Origin: an uncultured cyanobacterium
GTDB lineage: Bacteria; Cyanobacteriota; Cyanobacteriia; Pseudanabaenales; Pseudanabaenaceae
NCBI GenBank assembly: GCA_963703315.1
Contig: OY969811.1
Coordinates: 160,001 to 224,000, forward strand
Reading direction: 5' to 3'
Length of the DNA stretch: 64,000 nucleotides
The notes beneath the pieces are model-generated. The model did not search any database and was not told the origin of the DNA. It was given only the letters and a program-made list of their open reading frames with translations. Positions 21,010-30,762 of this stretch are shown in pieces. The first letter of the stretch is position 1; each line of letters starts with the position of its first letter. Both the position numbers and the translations under genes were made by a program.

Positions 21010-21831
21010 ATGAAAATATATGGCATTGATTTTACGAGCGCACCTAGCAAAACTAAGGCGATCGCCTGTGCAGAAGCGTGGCTAGAATCAGATATTTTGC
21101 AGATTGAGAAGTTCTATCGCTTTACGGATTTTCCTTCTTTTATGGAATTTCTTCAGCGATCGCCTGTTTGGATGGCAGGAGTAGACTTTCCGCTCGGACA
21201 ACCGCGTAAATTAATTGAGAATCTGCAATGGGGAGAAACTTGGGCGGAATATGTGGAACTGATAGGGCGAATGTCTAAGCAAGAATTTGTGGAAACCTTA
21301 AACCAATATCGTCAAGGTCGGGCTATTGGCGATCGCGAACACTTGCGACAAACAGATAAACTGTCGAGGGCAATCAGTCCGATGAAAGTCTATGGTGTAC
21401 CCGTAGGTAAAATGTTTTTTGAAGGCGCACCGAGAATGCTCAAAGCGGGATTTAGCATTCTGCCCTGTCATCCCACTAATGATCCCCGCACTGTGATCGA
21501 GATTTATCCTGCGCTGATCGCAAGGAGCCTCATCGGTAAACAAAGCTATAAATCTGATACTAAGCTAAAACAAACTACAGCAATGCAGCTTTTGCGCCAA
21601 GAAATCATTAATCAAGTGCGATCGCCTATATCTAAAGAAAAATATGGCTTTGGAGTCAAAATTAATGATCTACTTGCTTTGGAGTCGGTAAATGATCCTT
21701 CAGGGGATACGATTGATGCAATCCTTGCCACGATCCAAACAGCATTTGCATCTCGTCAGCCAAATTATGGGATTCCTGAAACTTGCGATCGCCTCGAAGG
21801 ATGGATTTGTGCGCCATTTTTTGATTTATAA
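21010..21831 (+). CDS. DUF429 family predicted nuclease (RNase H-like)
   Basis: IYGIDFTSAP, GVDFPLG, IEIYPA and DTIDA motifs. Confidence 0.75.
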   Translation: MKIYGIDFTSAPSKTKAIACAEAWLESDILQIEKFYRFTDFPSFMEFLQRSPVWMAGVDFPLGQPRKLIENLQWGETWAEYVELIGRMSKQEFVETLNQYRQGRAIGDREHLRQTDKLSRAISPMKVYGVPVGKMFFEGAPRMLKAGFSILPCHPTNDPRTVIEIYPALIARSLIGKQSYKSDTKLKQTTAMQLLRQEIINQVRSPISKEKYGFGVKINDLLALESVNDPSGDTIDAILATIQTAFASRQPNYGIPETCDRLEGWICAPFFDL

Positions 21832-22206
21832 ATTGGCGATCGCTTTTTGCATTAATTCTTTGATAAAAGGGACATCTTGGTGCGTCAGTTCCCACAAAGT
21901 ATTGAGATCTACTTCTAAATAGCCAAACATCAAGCTATCCCCCACACTAGTTAAGCGCCGCCAGTTAACTTGGGGATATTGATCCATAAAATTAATCGGC
22001 AAACGCTTTGCTGTAGCTCCGATCAGACCGATCGCTCTTTCCACTGCAAAAATCGTTTTTTGATCGTGACTAAACTGCAAAAAATCTATCCCCGATACAA
22101 AGGACTCCGTTGCGGCGATCGCTTCTAAAATGTCATGGATCTGCACTTCTAGTCGATGATTATTGTTCTCGATTTCCGCAGGAATACTCACTTTATCCAT
22201 ATTCAT
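21826..22206 (-). CDS. HepT/DUF86-like HEPN protein with degenerate active site
   Basis: DILEAI...AVERAIGLIG...PQVNWRRL...GYLEVDLNTLW pattern; the R-x4-H motif is replaced by GDSLMF. Confidence 0.75.
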   Translation of the reverse strand: MNMDKVSIPAEIENNNHRLEVQIHDILEAIAATESFVSGIDFLQFSHDQKTIFAVERAIGLIGATAKRLPINFMDQYPQVNWRRLTSVGDSLMFGYLEVDLNTLWELTHQDVPFIKELMQKAIANL

Positions 22207-22263
22207 TAGCTTTTTTCCATATATTGAGATCTAGGTGCAGTACAAAGGTCTACCCCTAGTATT

Positions 22264-23064
22264 TTAGATATCTCGAAAGTTTACAATATTACCAATGACT
22301 GCGATCGCTGGTGGGGCAAAGTTACTGTTCTGCACAAGTTCTACAATATTACCCAAGCAGCCAATTAGTTCTGACTGATCAGCGCGAGTTCCCTGACGAA
22401 TTAAAGCCACAGGGGTTTTTTCAGATAAACCCGCCACCATAAGTTTAGGGACAATCTCGCCTAAATTATGCAATCCCATATATACCACAATCGTTTCCGC
22501 AGCTTGGGCGATCGCTGTCCAATTGACCTGAGGGCGATACTTTCCCGCCGACTCATGCCCTGTTACAAAAATAATCGACGAACTAAAATCACGATGGGTA
22601 AGCGGAATCCCTGCATAGGCAGGAGCCGCAATTCCTGACGTAATTCCGGGAACGACCTCCACCGCAATTCCCGCCGTCCGCAGATCGGCAAGCTCTTCCC
22701 CACCACGCCCAAAAATAAATGGATCACCCCCCTTCAAGCGCACGACAATTGCGTGATTTTTTGCTTTCTCAATTAATAACTGTGTTGTTTCCTCTTGCAA
22801 TAACGAATGATTGCCGCGCCGCTTCCCTGCATGGATTTTCTCAGCGATCGGATTAATCATTGCCAAAATTTCATCACTAACGAGGGCATCGTAAAGCACC
22901 ACATCGCAATTCTCTAATAACGCCTTGCCCTTTAGAGTCATTAACCCCGCATCACCAGGTCCTGCACCCACTAAATAAACCTTACCTAAAAAACCATCTA
23001 AGGCAGGCGGAATAACTTCTTGTAAATCTGTCTGTAAGTCTTTCTGTAAATCTGTATTTGTCAT
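22264..23064 (-). CDS. cobA: Uroporphyrinogen-III C-methyltransferase
   Basis: VYLVGAGPGD, VVRLKGGDPFIFGRGGEE and VVPGITS motifs. Confidence 0.93.
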   Translation of the reverse strand: MTNTDLQKDLQTDLQEVIPPALDGFLGKVYLVGAGPGDAGLMTLKGKALLENCDVVLYDALVSDEILAMINPIAEKIHAGKRRGNHSLLQEETTQLLIEKAKNHAIVVRLKGGDPFIFGRGGEELADLRTAGIAVEVVPGITSGIAAPAYAGIPLTHRDFSSSIIFVTGHESAGKYRPQVNWTAIAQAAETIVVYMGLHNLGEIVPKLMVAGLSEKTPVALIRQGTRADQSELIGCLGNIVELVQNSNFAPPAIAVIGNIVNFRDI

Positions 23065-23323
23065 TCGTTATCAAAACCTTAATCAGAACCCTAGTATCTA
23101 AGCCAAATATTGCAAGGCGATCGCATCATCATTTTCCTCATGTATTCTAAAGATATGGAATGCATTGCCAAGCGCTACATTTCAGACACTGAGACGCAGC
23201 CATCTTGTCAAACCACATCAAAGAGCAATAAGAATCCTATAGAGGAACCATTCTCAGGAACCTTTATATGTTGAAAAGCCTTCTTGAGATGTAACGAGTA
23301 CAACGAATCAAAACGAGGCAGGC

Positions 23324-24526
23324 GTGAATCTTACCGACTTTACCAAAGCAAATCTTACCAAATCCAGCCTAGAAGGAATCAACCTCAAGGGAGCAGATCT
23401 CAAGCGCGTTAATCTTAGCGATGCAAAACTGGCAGGTGCAATGCTCTCTAAGGCAAACCTCACGGGTGCATTTCTTCATAAAACCGATCTCAGCCGCGCC
23501 ACTTTGGTGGAAGCAAATTTAGCTGAAGCAAATCTCACATCAGCTTACTTAATCAGTGCTGATCTGCAAAGAGCCTGCCTCAATGAAGCCTATCTAGTTG
23601 CCGCCAATCTCAATTCGGCAAATTTAACTAGTGCCTCTTTGATCAACGCCGATCTTAGTCTGGCGACTCTCACAGGAGCCTGTCTCAACGGTGCAAATCT
23701 CAGCCGCGCTAAACTAAATGGCACATTTTTTATCGAGTCCAACTTACTAGGAGCCGATCTTAGTGACTCTGATTTCACGGGCGCACTGATGATCAAGGCA
23801 AATCTCAGTGGTGCAAATCTCAGTCAAGCCTGTTTGATGAATGTCGATCTGACGGAAGCGAATCTCACAGGTGCAGAGTTACATGGAGTCGATCTTTGTG
23901 GCGCAATCTTAAATGAAGCCAATCTCAATGCAGTGGATCTCGTTCGCGCAAATCTGAGTGGTGGTTCGCTGAGTCGCGCTAATTTGGGCTGGGCAAATTT
24001 ACTGGGTGCAAACTTAGAAAAAGCAAATTTAGTTGGTTCTGATCTCAGTTGGGCAAATTTGAACGAAGCCAACTTGACGGAAGCTGACCTGAGTTGGACA
24101 AATCTGACGGGTGCATTTTTAATGAAAGCTAACCTCAGTGGCGCAAATCTCAATGGTGTAAATCTCTCGAATACCAACTTGAGCGGTGCAAATTTGAGCG
24201 GTGCAAATTTGATGGGTGCGAATTTAAGCGGTGCGGACTTAAGTAATGTGGATCTGCGCGGTGCTTACCTAATTCGGACAAATTTACATAATGCCATCCT
24301 CAACGAAGCAAATTTGACGGGTGCAAATCTCGATGAAGCTGTATTAAATGGAGCCAGTTTAAATCGGGCTAATCTCAATCGCGCTAATCTGACGAGGGCA
24401 AGCTTAACAGGCGCAAGTTTACAAGGAGCCTTTATGTTGTGGACTAATTTGAAAGGAGCTTTTATGTTGTGGACAAATTTGGACGGGGCAAATATGACAG
24501 GGGCGATTTTGCCAACGGACAAGTAA
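23324..24526 (+). CDS. Pentapeptide repeat protein
   Basis: Almost entirely A(N/D)Lxx repeats. Confidence 0.93.
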   Translation: MNLTDFTKANLTKSSLEGINLKGADLKRVNLSDAKLAGAMLSKANLTGAFLHKTDLSRATLVEANLAEANLTSAYLISADLQRACLNEAYLVAANLNSANLTSASLINADLSLATLTGACLNGANLSRAKLNGTFFIESNLLGADLSDSDFTGALMIKANLSGANLSQACLMNVDLTEANLTGAELHGVDLCGAILNEANLNAVDLVRANLSGGSLSRANLGWANLLGANLEKANLVGSDLSWANLNEANLTEADLSWTNLTGAFLMKANLSGANLNGVNLSNTNLSGANLSGANLMGANLSGADLSNVDLRGAYLIRTNLHNAILNEANLTGANLDEAVLNGASLNRANLNRANLTRASLTGASLQGAFMLWTNLKGAFMLWTNLDGANMTGAILPTDK

Positions 24527-24693
24527 TACCAAAACACAAAATGGCGTAGCCATTTTGTGTTTTAAAACCTTTACTGGGTTCGGTTTTTAATTTACAAAAG
24601 TGTGGTCACACTTTCGTGAATTGGTATAAAAACCGCATAGAAATGGGCAAAGTCCATTCCTATGCGATCGCAAAAATATGGTGTGAAAGAGTA

Positions 24694-25563
24694 ATGAAAG
24701 CTAGAGAACTTGTTGATCGCTATAACCAAGGCTTTCGAGATTTTAGTGAAGTCGATCTCAGCCGTGAGAATCTCAGTGGTGCAAGCTTAACCGCGATCGA
24801 GCTAACTAATGCTGATTTGAGTGAAGCAAACCTGTCTTGTACTACTTTAAATGAAGCCAATTTATACGGTGCAAAGCTCAATACGACTATCCTCTATCGA
24901 GCAAGTCTGAGCGATGCAAATCTCGGTGAGGCACAGCTAAATGGTGCTAGTCTGATTAAGGCTGATTTGCATAGTGCTAGATTGGAACGGGCAAATTTAC
25001 GAGATGCGGATCTAACTGGCGCTAACCTCAATGCAGTGAGTCTTGCTAACGCTGACTTAACAGGAGCTAATTTAAGTTGTGTATCTCTGGTCGGAGCCAA
25101 CCTAGAAGGCGCAAATCTTGCTGAGGCATTTTTGAAAGGAGCAAATCTTGATGGGGCAAAATTAAACGGAGCAAATCTTCAAGGGGCAAATTTAAGTGGG
25201 GCAAGCTTTAGTGAGGCAAATCTGAGTCATGCAAATCTGAGTGCGTCTGATCTTTCTTGTGCGAATTTGTATGCAGCTAATCTTAGTGATGCTTTATTGT
25301 CAAAAGCAGACTTAAGTGGGGCAAATCTAAGTAATGCCAATCTGAATGATGCTGATCTACAGGAAGCTGACCTCAATGGTGCATTTCTAATTGACACTCA
25401 GTTAGGTAGAGCGCGTCTAGATGGCACAAATCTTAGTAAATCGAATTGCTATAAAGCTAATTTTCAAGGTGCATTTTTACTAAAAACAAATTTAAACGGA
25501 GCAAATTTGAATTGCACAAATTTCGCAGATGCTTCTGTACAGCCTGTTATACCCAGCCACTGA
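24694..25563 (+). CDS. Pentapeptide repeat protein
   Basis: MKARELVDRYNQGFRDFS start (ATG 24694) followed by ANLxx repeats. Confidence 0.9.
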   Translation: MKARELVDRYNQGFRDFSEVDLSRENLSGASLTAIELTNADLSEANLSCTTLNEANLYGAKLNTTILYRASLSDANLGEAQLNGASLIKADLHSARLERANLRDADLTGANLNAVSLANADLTGANLSCVSLVGANLEGANLAEAFLKGANLDGAKLNGANLQGANLSGASFSEANLSHANLSASDLSCANLYAANLSDALLSKADLSGANLSNANLNDADLQEADLNGAFLIDTQLGRARLDGTNLSKSNCYKANFQGAFLLKTNLNGANLNCTNFADASVQPVIPSH

Positions 25564-25725
25564 GGTGAGTCAACACTTCAGTGAATAAAAACAAACCTAG
25601 TAAATTACGCCATTTGCCGTAGAAACTTGAATGGTATCGAGATACGTCTTAGTTTTAAAGAGCGATAACTAGCAAAGGCGATCGCTCAGATCAATCGCTC
25701 ACGAAACAATCAGTAGGAATGAAAC

Positions 25726-26502
25726 ATGAACGCAACTACAGAAATTACCAAAGAAATTACAGAGCATGAAGTCCCTAAGTATAAACGTATTTTATTAAAA
25801 CTCAGTGGCGAAGCGCTGATGGGCGATCGCAGTTTTGGGATTGATCCTGAAGTTGTCCAAGATATCGCTTTGCAAGTTGCCGAAATTGTCAAAGATGGCA
25901 TTGAGGTGGCGATCGTTGTCGGTGGCGGCAATATTTTTCGCGGTATTAATGGAGCCGCCAAGGGCATGGATCGAGCCACAGCCGATTACATTGGTATGAT
26001 TGCCACCGTAATGAATGCTCTTACTTTGCAAGATGCCTTAGAAAATTTAGACGACCCCATTCCCACAAGAGTCCAATCAGCGATCGCCATGCAAGAAATC
26101 GCTGAACCATATATTCGCCGTCGTGCCATTCGCCACCTTGAAAACAATCGGGTGGTTATTTTTGGCGCAGGTTCAGGTAATCCTTACTTTACAACCGATA
26201 CAACCGCAGCCTTACGGGGTGCAGAAATTAATGCTGATGTAATCCTCAAAGCTACAAAAGTTGATGGTATTTATGACAGCGATCCCAAGAAAAATCCTGA
26301 GGCAAAACGCTTTCAATCTGTCAGTTTTGACTATGCCTTAATTAACGATCTGCGGGTTATGGATGCGACAGCCTTTGCCTTGTGTAAAGAAAATGGTATC
26401 CCAATTATTGTGTTTGATCTCGGTGTCTCTGGTAACATTCGTCGCGTCGTCATGGGAGAATCGATCGGTACTTATGTTGGAGGTTCCTGTGAAGTTAACT
26501 GA
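25726..26502 (+). CDS. pyrH: UMP kinase
   Basis: [21 protein letters not shown] and [10 protein letters not shown] motifs. Confidence 0.96.
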   Translation: MNATTEITKEITEHEVPKYKRILLKLSGEALMGDRSFGIDPEVVQDIALQVAEIVKDGIEVAIVVGGGNIFRGINGAAKGMDRATADYIGMIATVMNALTLQDALENLDDPIPTRVQSAIAMQEIAEPYIRRRAIRHLENNRVVIFGAGSGNPYFTTDTTAALRGAEINADVILKATKVDGIYDSDPKKNPEAKRFQSVSFDYALINDLRVMDATAFALCKENGIPIIVFDLGVSGNIRRVVMGESIGTYVGGSCEVN

Positions 26503-27037
26503 TGTTGAGGCGCGAATGCAGAAAGCTGTAGAAGCGACCCAGCACAATTTTAATAGTGTGCGAACGGGGCGTGCTAATGCTTCGCTATTAGATCGGATTA
26601 CGGTGGAATATTACGGTGCGGAGACGCATCTCAAGGCATTGGCAAATATTTCTTCGCCTGATGCTACCACTTTGCAAATTCAACCTTTTGATCGCAGCTC
26701 GATGCGGGCGATCGAAAAGGCAATTTCGGAGTCAGATATTGGGTTAACCCCTAATAATGATGGCGTAAGTATTCGTCTCAATATTCCACCTTTGACTACC
26801 GATCGCCGTAAAGAGTTGGTAAAAATGGTTTCCAAACTTGCAGAAGAGGGCAAGGTTGCCGTGCGTAATGTGCGTCGTGATGCGATCGATTCGCTTCGCA
26901 AGCTAGAGAAGGCAAAGGAAATTTCGGAAGATGATTCTAAAAGTCAGCAAGAGCAAGTGGATAAGCTAACGGAAAAGTTCATTAAAAATATCGATAAGGT
27001 AACAGCCGAAAAAGAAAAAGAAATTTCCACAATTTAA
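26489..27037 (+). CDS. frr: Ribosome recycling factor
   Basis: [16 protein letters not shown] and VRNVRRD motifs; GTG 26489 preceded by GGAGG, overlapping the end of pyrH. Confidence 0.95.
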   Translation: MKLTDVEARMQKAVEATQHNFNSVRTGRANASLLDRITVEYYGAETHLKALANISSPDATTLQIQPFDRSSMRAIEKAISESDIGLTPNNDGVSIRLNIPPLTTDRRKELVKMVSKLAEEGKVAVRNVRRDAIDSLRKLEKAKEISEDDSKSQQEQVDKLTEKFIKNIDKVTAEKEKEISTI

Positions 27038-27076
27038 AATAAAAGGCGGCGCATAGCGCCGCCTTTTATTTTAAAT
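27032..27076 (+). terminator. Palindromic terminator after frr
   Basis: ATTTAAAATAAAAGGCGGCGC-ata-GCGCCGCCTTTTATTTTAAAT. Confidence 0.75.
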
Positions 27077-27101
27077 ATGTAAAAAAGAGGTAATTGTTCA
27101 G

Positions 27102-27446
27102 ATGGAAAATTTAGAGAAAATCCACAACTACCGCAACATTATCAAACAAATTCTTAGCCAACACGCATCTCATAAACCCTCGCATGGCGAAATTGAAATG
27201 CAAACTTTATTTGATACTGAACAGGATCGTTATCAAGTATTAGCAATTGGTTGGAATAACGAAAAACGGATCTATGGCTGCTCGATGCACCTTGACATTA
27301 AGGCAGGAAAAATCTGGATTCAAGCCAACAATACAGAAATTGATATTGCTGAAGCTTTAGTTGCTCAAGGAGTGCCTAAAGAAGATATCGTAATTGGCTT
27401 ACAACCTGCTTATCTAAGGCAATATACAGGATATGCGATCGCATAA
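27102..27446 (+). CDS. xisI: XisI-family protein
   Basis: DRYQVLAIGW...HLDIKAGKIWIQANNTE...GVPKEDIVIG...YTGYA pattern. Confidence 0.88.
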   Translation: MENLEKIHNYRNIIKQILSQHASHKPSHGEIEMQTLFDTEQDRYQVLAIGWNNEKRIYGCSMHLDIKAGKIWIQANNTEIDIAEALVAQGVPKEDIVIGLQPAYLRQYTGYAIA

Positions 27447-27495
27447 ATGTTATGGCTAAAATAGATGAAGTATATGCAAAAGAGGATGTCCAAAA

Positions 27496-28275
27496 ATGCC
27501 CTCCCCCTTTCCTGGAATGAATCCTTATCTAGAAAATCCTGAACTATGGTCGGCTGTACATAGTCGATTAATTGTGGCGATCGCTGATGCCCTCGCTGAC
27601 ACCCTTAGCCTAGACTATCGTATTGAAATCGAAAAGCGCACTTATTGGAGCGATGAAACGGGAGACGATCTACTAATTGGGATACCAGACGTTTCTTTGC
27701 TTAGTCGAAGTAAAACAAGCAACGAAAAAAATAGTGCAACCGCAGTTGCTGATCGAACAGCGATCGCCCCAATTCGTGTTCTCTTACCAACATACGAGGA
27801 AATTAGCGAACGCTATCTAGAAATTCGTGAAGTCCAAACGGGAAAAGTGATCACTGCGATCGAGATACTTTCTCCTAAAAACAAAAAGACAGGTGAGGGA
27901 CGTGAAGCTTATCTCCGCAAAAGAAGGCGAGTTTTACAAACCCAAACTCATTTTATTGAAATTGATCTCTTAAGAATTAATCCATCCTTTTTACAAGGAC
28001 AACTTCCTGCGTCTGATTATCATATTTTGGTCAGTCGCAGTCACGAGCGTCCTGCTGCTGATTTACATGCTTTTTCAATTCGCGATCGCATTCCTAATTT
28101 TCCTATTCCTCTACGCTTAGGCGAACCAGAACCTACACTAGATCTGCAAATTTTAGTGGATCAAGTTTATCAGCGCGGACGTTATGACCTAGCGATCGAC
28201 TATTCTCAACCCACACAACCACGTTTAAATAGTGAAGATGAACTTTGGGCAAGCAGCTTAATCAAAAATGGCTAA
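27496..28275 (+). CDS. DUF4058 family protein (PD-(D/E)XK-like)
   Basis: MPSPFPGMNPYLE, IEILSPKNK and IEIDLLR motifs. Confidence 0.85.
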   Translation: MPSPFPGMNPYLENPELWSAVHSRLIVAIADALADTLSLDYRIEIEKRTYWSDETGDDLLIGIPDVSLLSRSKTSNEKNSATAVADRTAIAPIRVLLPTYEEISERYLEIREVQTGKVITAIEILSPKNKKTGEGREAYLRKRRRVLQTQTHFIEIDLLRINPSFLQGQLPASDYHILVSRSHERPAADLHAFSIRDRIPNFPIPLRLGEPEPTLDLQILVDQVYQRGRYDLAIDYSQPTQPRLNSEDELWASSLIKNG

Positions 28276-28303
28276 ATATTTTTAAAGTTGCTTTCCCCAA
28301 TTG

Positions 28304-29503
28304 CTATGACTGTAAATCAGGTGGCGCAAAATCAAAGGGCAATTCGTTGTTAATTGCTTGAATTTGTTTTGCTTCGTAGGCATTTACCTCATTAATATAA
28401 GGAACCAGAATTTGCTTAAGCCGATCGCGATAAAAGCGATGCAAACTATAATTTGGGGTTGCAGGAAAACCGCGCCGTTTTTTATGTTGTCCCCCTGCCC
28501 CTGGGTCAAAGCGCTTAATTCCTTGAGCGATCGCCCATTCGATCGGTTTGTAATAACAAGCATTAAAGTGCAAACAATCAATTTCCTGAACGCATCCCCA
28601 ATAGCGTCCAAATAACTGATCATCCTTACGAATACAAAATGACATTCCCACAGGTTGCGGATAATCTTCGATTTCACCAGCCACAAATACAAGGCGATCG
28701 CGGAAACTATGGGCTAAATGTTCAAAAAACTTGCGATTGAGATATTTACTTCCACCCCAAAATTTATTGCAATGATCGTTATATAGCTCGTACATATAGC
28801 CATAGAAATAATGGGGAATCTCTTCACCCGTATAAACCCGCATTGTGATACCCGTGCTTTCGACCGACTTGCGCTCTCGCTTAATATTGCGGCGTTGATT
28901 GGCATTGAAATTTTTGAGGTAATCATCAAAATCCGTAAACTCTTGATTTTCCCAAACATAACTATGGTGCATCCAAGTTGTGAAGCCCCGCGACTCCAAC
29001 TCATGTTTCCAACTGGGATCAACATATAAGAAATTACAGCCCGACATCTGATAGCGATCACAAAGTTTGTCAATCTCCGCCAACATCAAATCATAGATTT
29101 TTGATAACTCATCAGGACTATCACTCAGATCAGGATGCACCAAAAAACGATAGCCCACCGCAGGCGTAAAGGGAGCCATCCCCAATAACTTCGGATAATA
29201 CTCAATCCCCAACCGATAGGACAAATCCGCCCATTGATGGTCAAACACAAACTCCCCTTGGCTATGTCCCTTAATGTACAAAGGCGCAGCCGCCACCAAT
29301 ACATCCCCTTGCCAGACCAATAAATGACTAGGTAGCCACCCCTGCTGCGCGATCGCACAGCCTGAAGACTCTAAATTCGAGAGCCACTCCCATTCAAAAA
29401 AAGGAGTCGCCAAAGGTTTTGCGAGAATATTCCATACTTCAGCCTTGACCTTATTAACTGTATCCACCCAAGTCGTCGTATAGCGAGAAGCCTGTTGCAA
29501 CAT
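28304..29503 (-). CDS. GNAT/FemAB-like protein (DUF482)
   Basis: HSQGEFVFDHQWA, LFGRYWG, LHFNACYY and GAGGQHK motifs. Confidence 0.88.
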   Translation of the reverse strand: MLQQASRYTTTWVDTVNKVKAEVWNILAKPLATPFFEWEWLSNLESSGCAIAQQGWLPSHLLVWQGDVLVAAAPLYIKGHSQGEFVFDHQWADLSYRLGIEYYPKLLGMAPFTPAVGYRFLVHPDLSDSPDELSKIYDLMLAEIDKLCDRYQMSGCNFLYVDPSWKHELESRGFTTWMHHSYVWENQEFTDFDDYLKNFNANQRRNIKRERKSVESTGITMRVYTGEEIPHYFYGYMYELYNDHCNKFWGGSKYLNRKFFEHLAHSFRDRLVFVAGEIEDYPQPVGMSFCIRKDDQLFGRYWGCVQEIDCLHFNACYYKPIEWAIAQGIKRFDPGAGGQHKKRRGFPATPNYSLHRFYRDRLKQILVPYINEVNAYEAKQIQAINNELPFDFAPPDLQS

Positions 29504-29649
29504 AGTAAAAGTCTTGGCAGTATTAAGTAAAATTGCTCAGTGTATATAGTTTAACAAATGCTAATGCCTAAAGTCATAACCACATCTTTATACTGTTTTC
29601 TATTTTGATGCTTTCAATTCTTGCATTTTTTAGATTGGTTTTGATAGGA

Positions 29650-30125
29650 CAGAAACTCATGAATTTATGTAAAGAAATAGTATTGTGTGATACCACCTGA
29701 GCTAATGTATATACATGGCACAAGAGACAAAGAACTCAATCCAAACGCAGTTCCAGCTTACATATTGAAATTAAGCTTTCAATAGGAGGAGGAAGCAAAA
29801 GAAAGAGTTAAAAGTCAAAATCGGATTGACGCTTTGTTGCTCCCCACGATTCTTCGATCTTTACGGGGCAGTGCTTATTCCAAAGATCGGTGTAGTTTTG
29901 ATAGCTTCGATAGCCTGTTCTATTGTTAAGGTCTTTTGAATTTCTCTCAATGTTTGCGTAGGTTTTGACCTAGCATTGTGATTAACGAGACAAACTTATA
30001 TAGTTAAAGAAATAAGGGCTACAGCGTACAGTTAATCAATGCCTAACACGTATTAGTAAACCTCTAGTAGAATCAAAATTGAATTATTTAAAAAAATGAG
30101 TCTAGCAGCCTTCTGCTAGACTCAT
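29650..30125 (+). ncRNA. Candidate ~400-nt structured ncRNA gene, copy 1 (promoter region ~29650-29714, transcript ~29715-30134)
   Basis: Tandem paralog of 30156-30641; no conserved ORF; multiple complementary segments; terminal hairpin followed by a T run. Confidence 0.6.
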
Positions 30126-30133
30126 CTCGTTTT
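30096..30133 (+). terminator. Terminator of unit 1
   Basis: ATGAGTCTAGCAG-cctt-CTGCTAGACTCAT then CTCGTTTT. Confidence 0.75.
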
Positions 30134-30155
30134 GAGGAATATATTAAGTAGCCGC

Positions 30156-30641
30156 CAGAAATGCATGAATTTATGTAAAGAAATAGTATCGTCTAACACC
30201 ACCTAAGCTAATGTATATACATGGCACAAGAGACAGAGCAACTCAATCCAAACGCAAGTCCAGCTTTAATTTCAAGAGTAATCTTTAAAAAGGAGGAGGA
30301 AGCAAAAGAAAGAGTTAAAAGTCAAAATCGGATTGACGCTTTGTTGCTCCCCACGATTCTTCGATCTTTACGGGGCAGTGCTTATTCCAAAGATCGGTGC
30401 AGTTTTGATAGCTTCGATAGTCTAGATTGTTGTTAAGGTCTTCTGAATTCTTCTCAATGTATATTTAGGTTTTGACCTAGCATTGTGATTAACGAGACAA
30501 ACTAATTTAGCTTATTTAGCTTAAAAGACAAAGGCTACAGCGTACAGTTAATCAAAACCGAACACGTTACAGTAAACCTCTAGTAGAAACCTAATTGAAT
30601 TACTTAAAGACATGAGTCTAGCAGCCTTCTGCTAGACTCAT
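30156..30641 (+). ncRNA. Candidate ~400-nt structured ncRNA gene, copy 2
   Basis: Same scaffold as copy 1, including a 109-bp identical block (30291-30399 = 29784-29892). Confidence 0.6.
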
Positions 30642-30650
30642 TCAGTTTTT
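30612..30650 (+). terminator. Terminator of unit 2
   Basis: Identical 30-bp hairpin followed by TCAGTTTTT. Confidence 0.75.
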
Positions 30651-30762
30651 GGGGGAAATGCGAAAGCGCTGCTGTGACACCTTTGCTGTGAATGATCCAT
30701 CTTTCGGTAAAATAAACAACAATTCATTATTTTTAAAATCCTAACTTAGGGGTAAACGAGCC

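Noticed and set aside
23124..23157. TCCTCA upstream of the pentapeptide gene as a sixth motif site
   Set aside because: The upstream half-site is off-phase and the hexamer 11 nt downstream (GATATG) is a poor -10.
23324..25563. 15-bp periodic DNA repeats
   Set aside because: Fully explained by pentapeptide-repeat coding; not a CRISPR array or satellite.
30221..30436. 71-aa ORF in the second duplicated unit
   Set aside because: The paralogous copy has a 1-nt indel and stops after 17 codons while the nucleotide sequence stays conserved; there is no SD sequence, and the ATG sits at the predicted TSS.
29650..30641. Identification as tmRNA, RNase P RNA, rRNA fragment, group I/II intron or CRISPR array
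   Set aside because: No tRNA-like ends, no GAGGAAAGUCC, no recognisable rRNA or intron domain V sequence, and only two long units rather than a repeat-spacer pattern.
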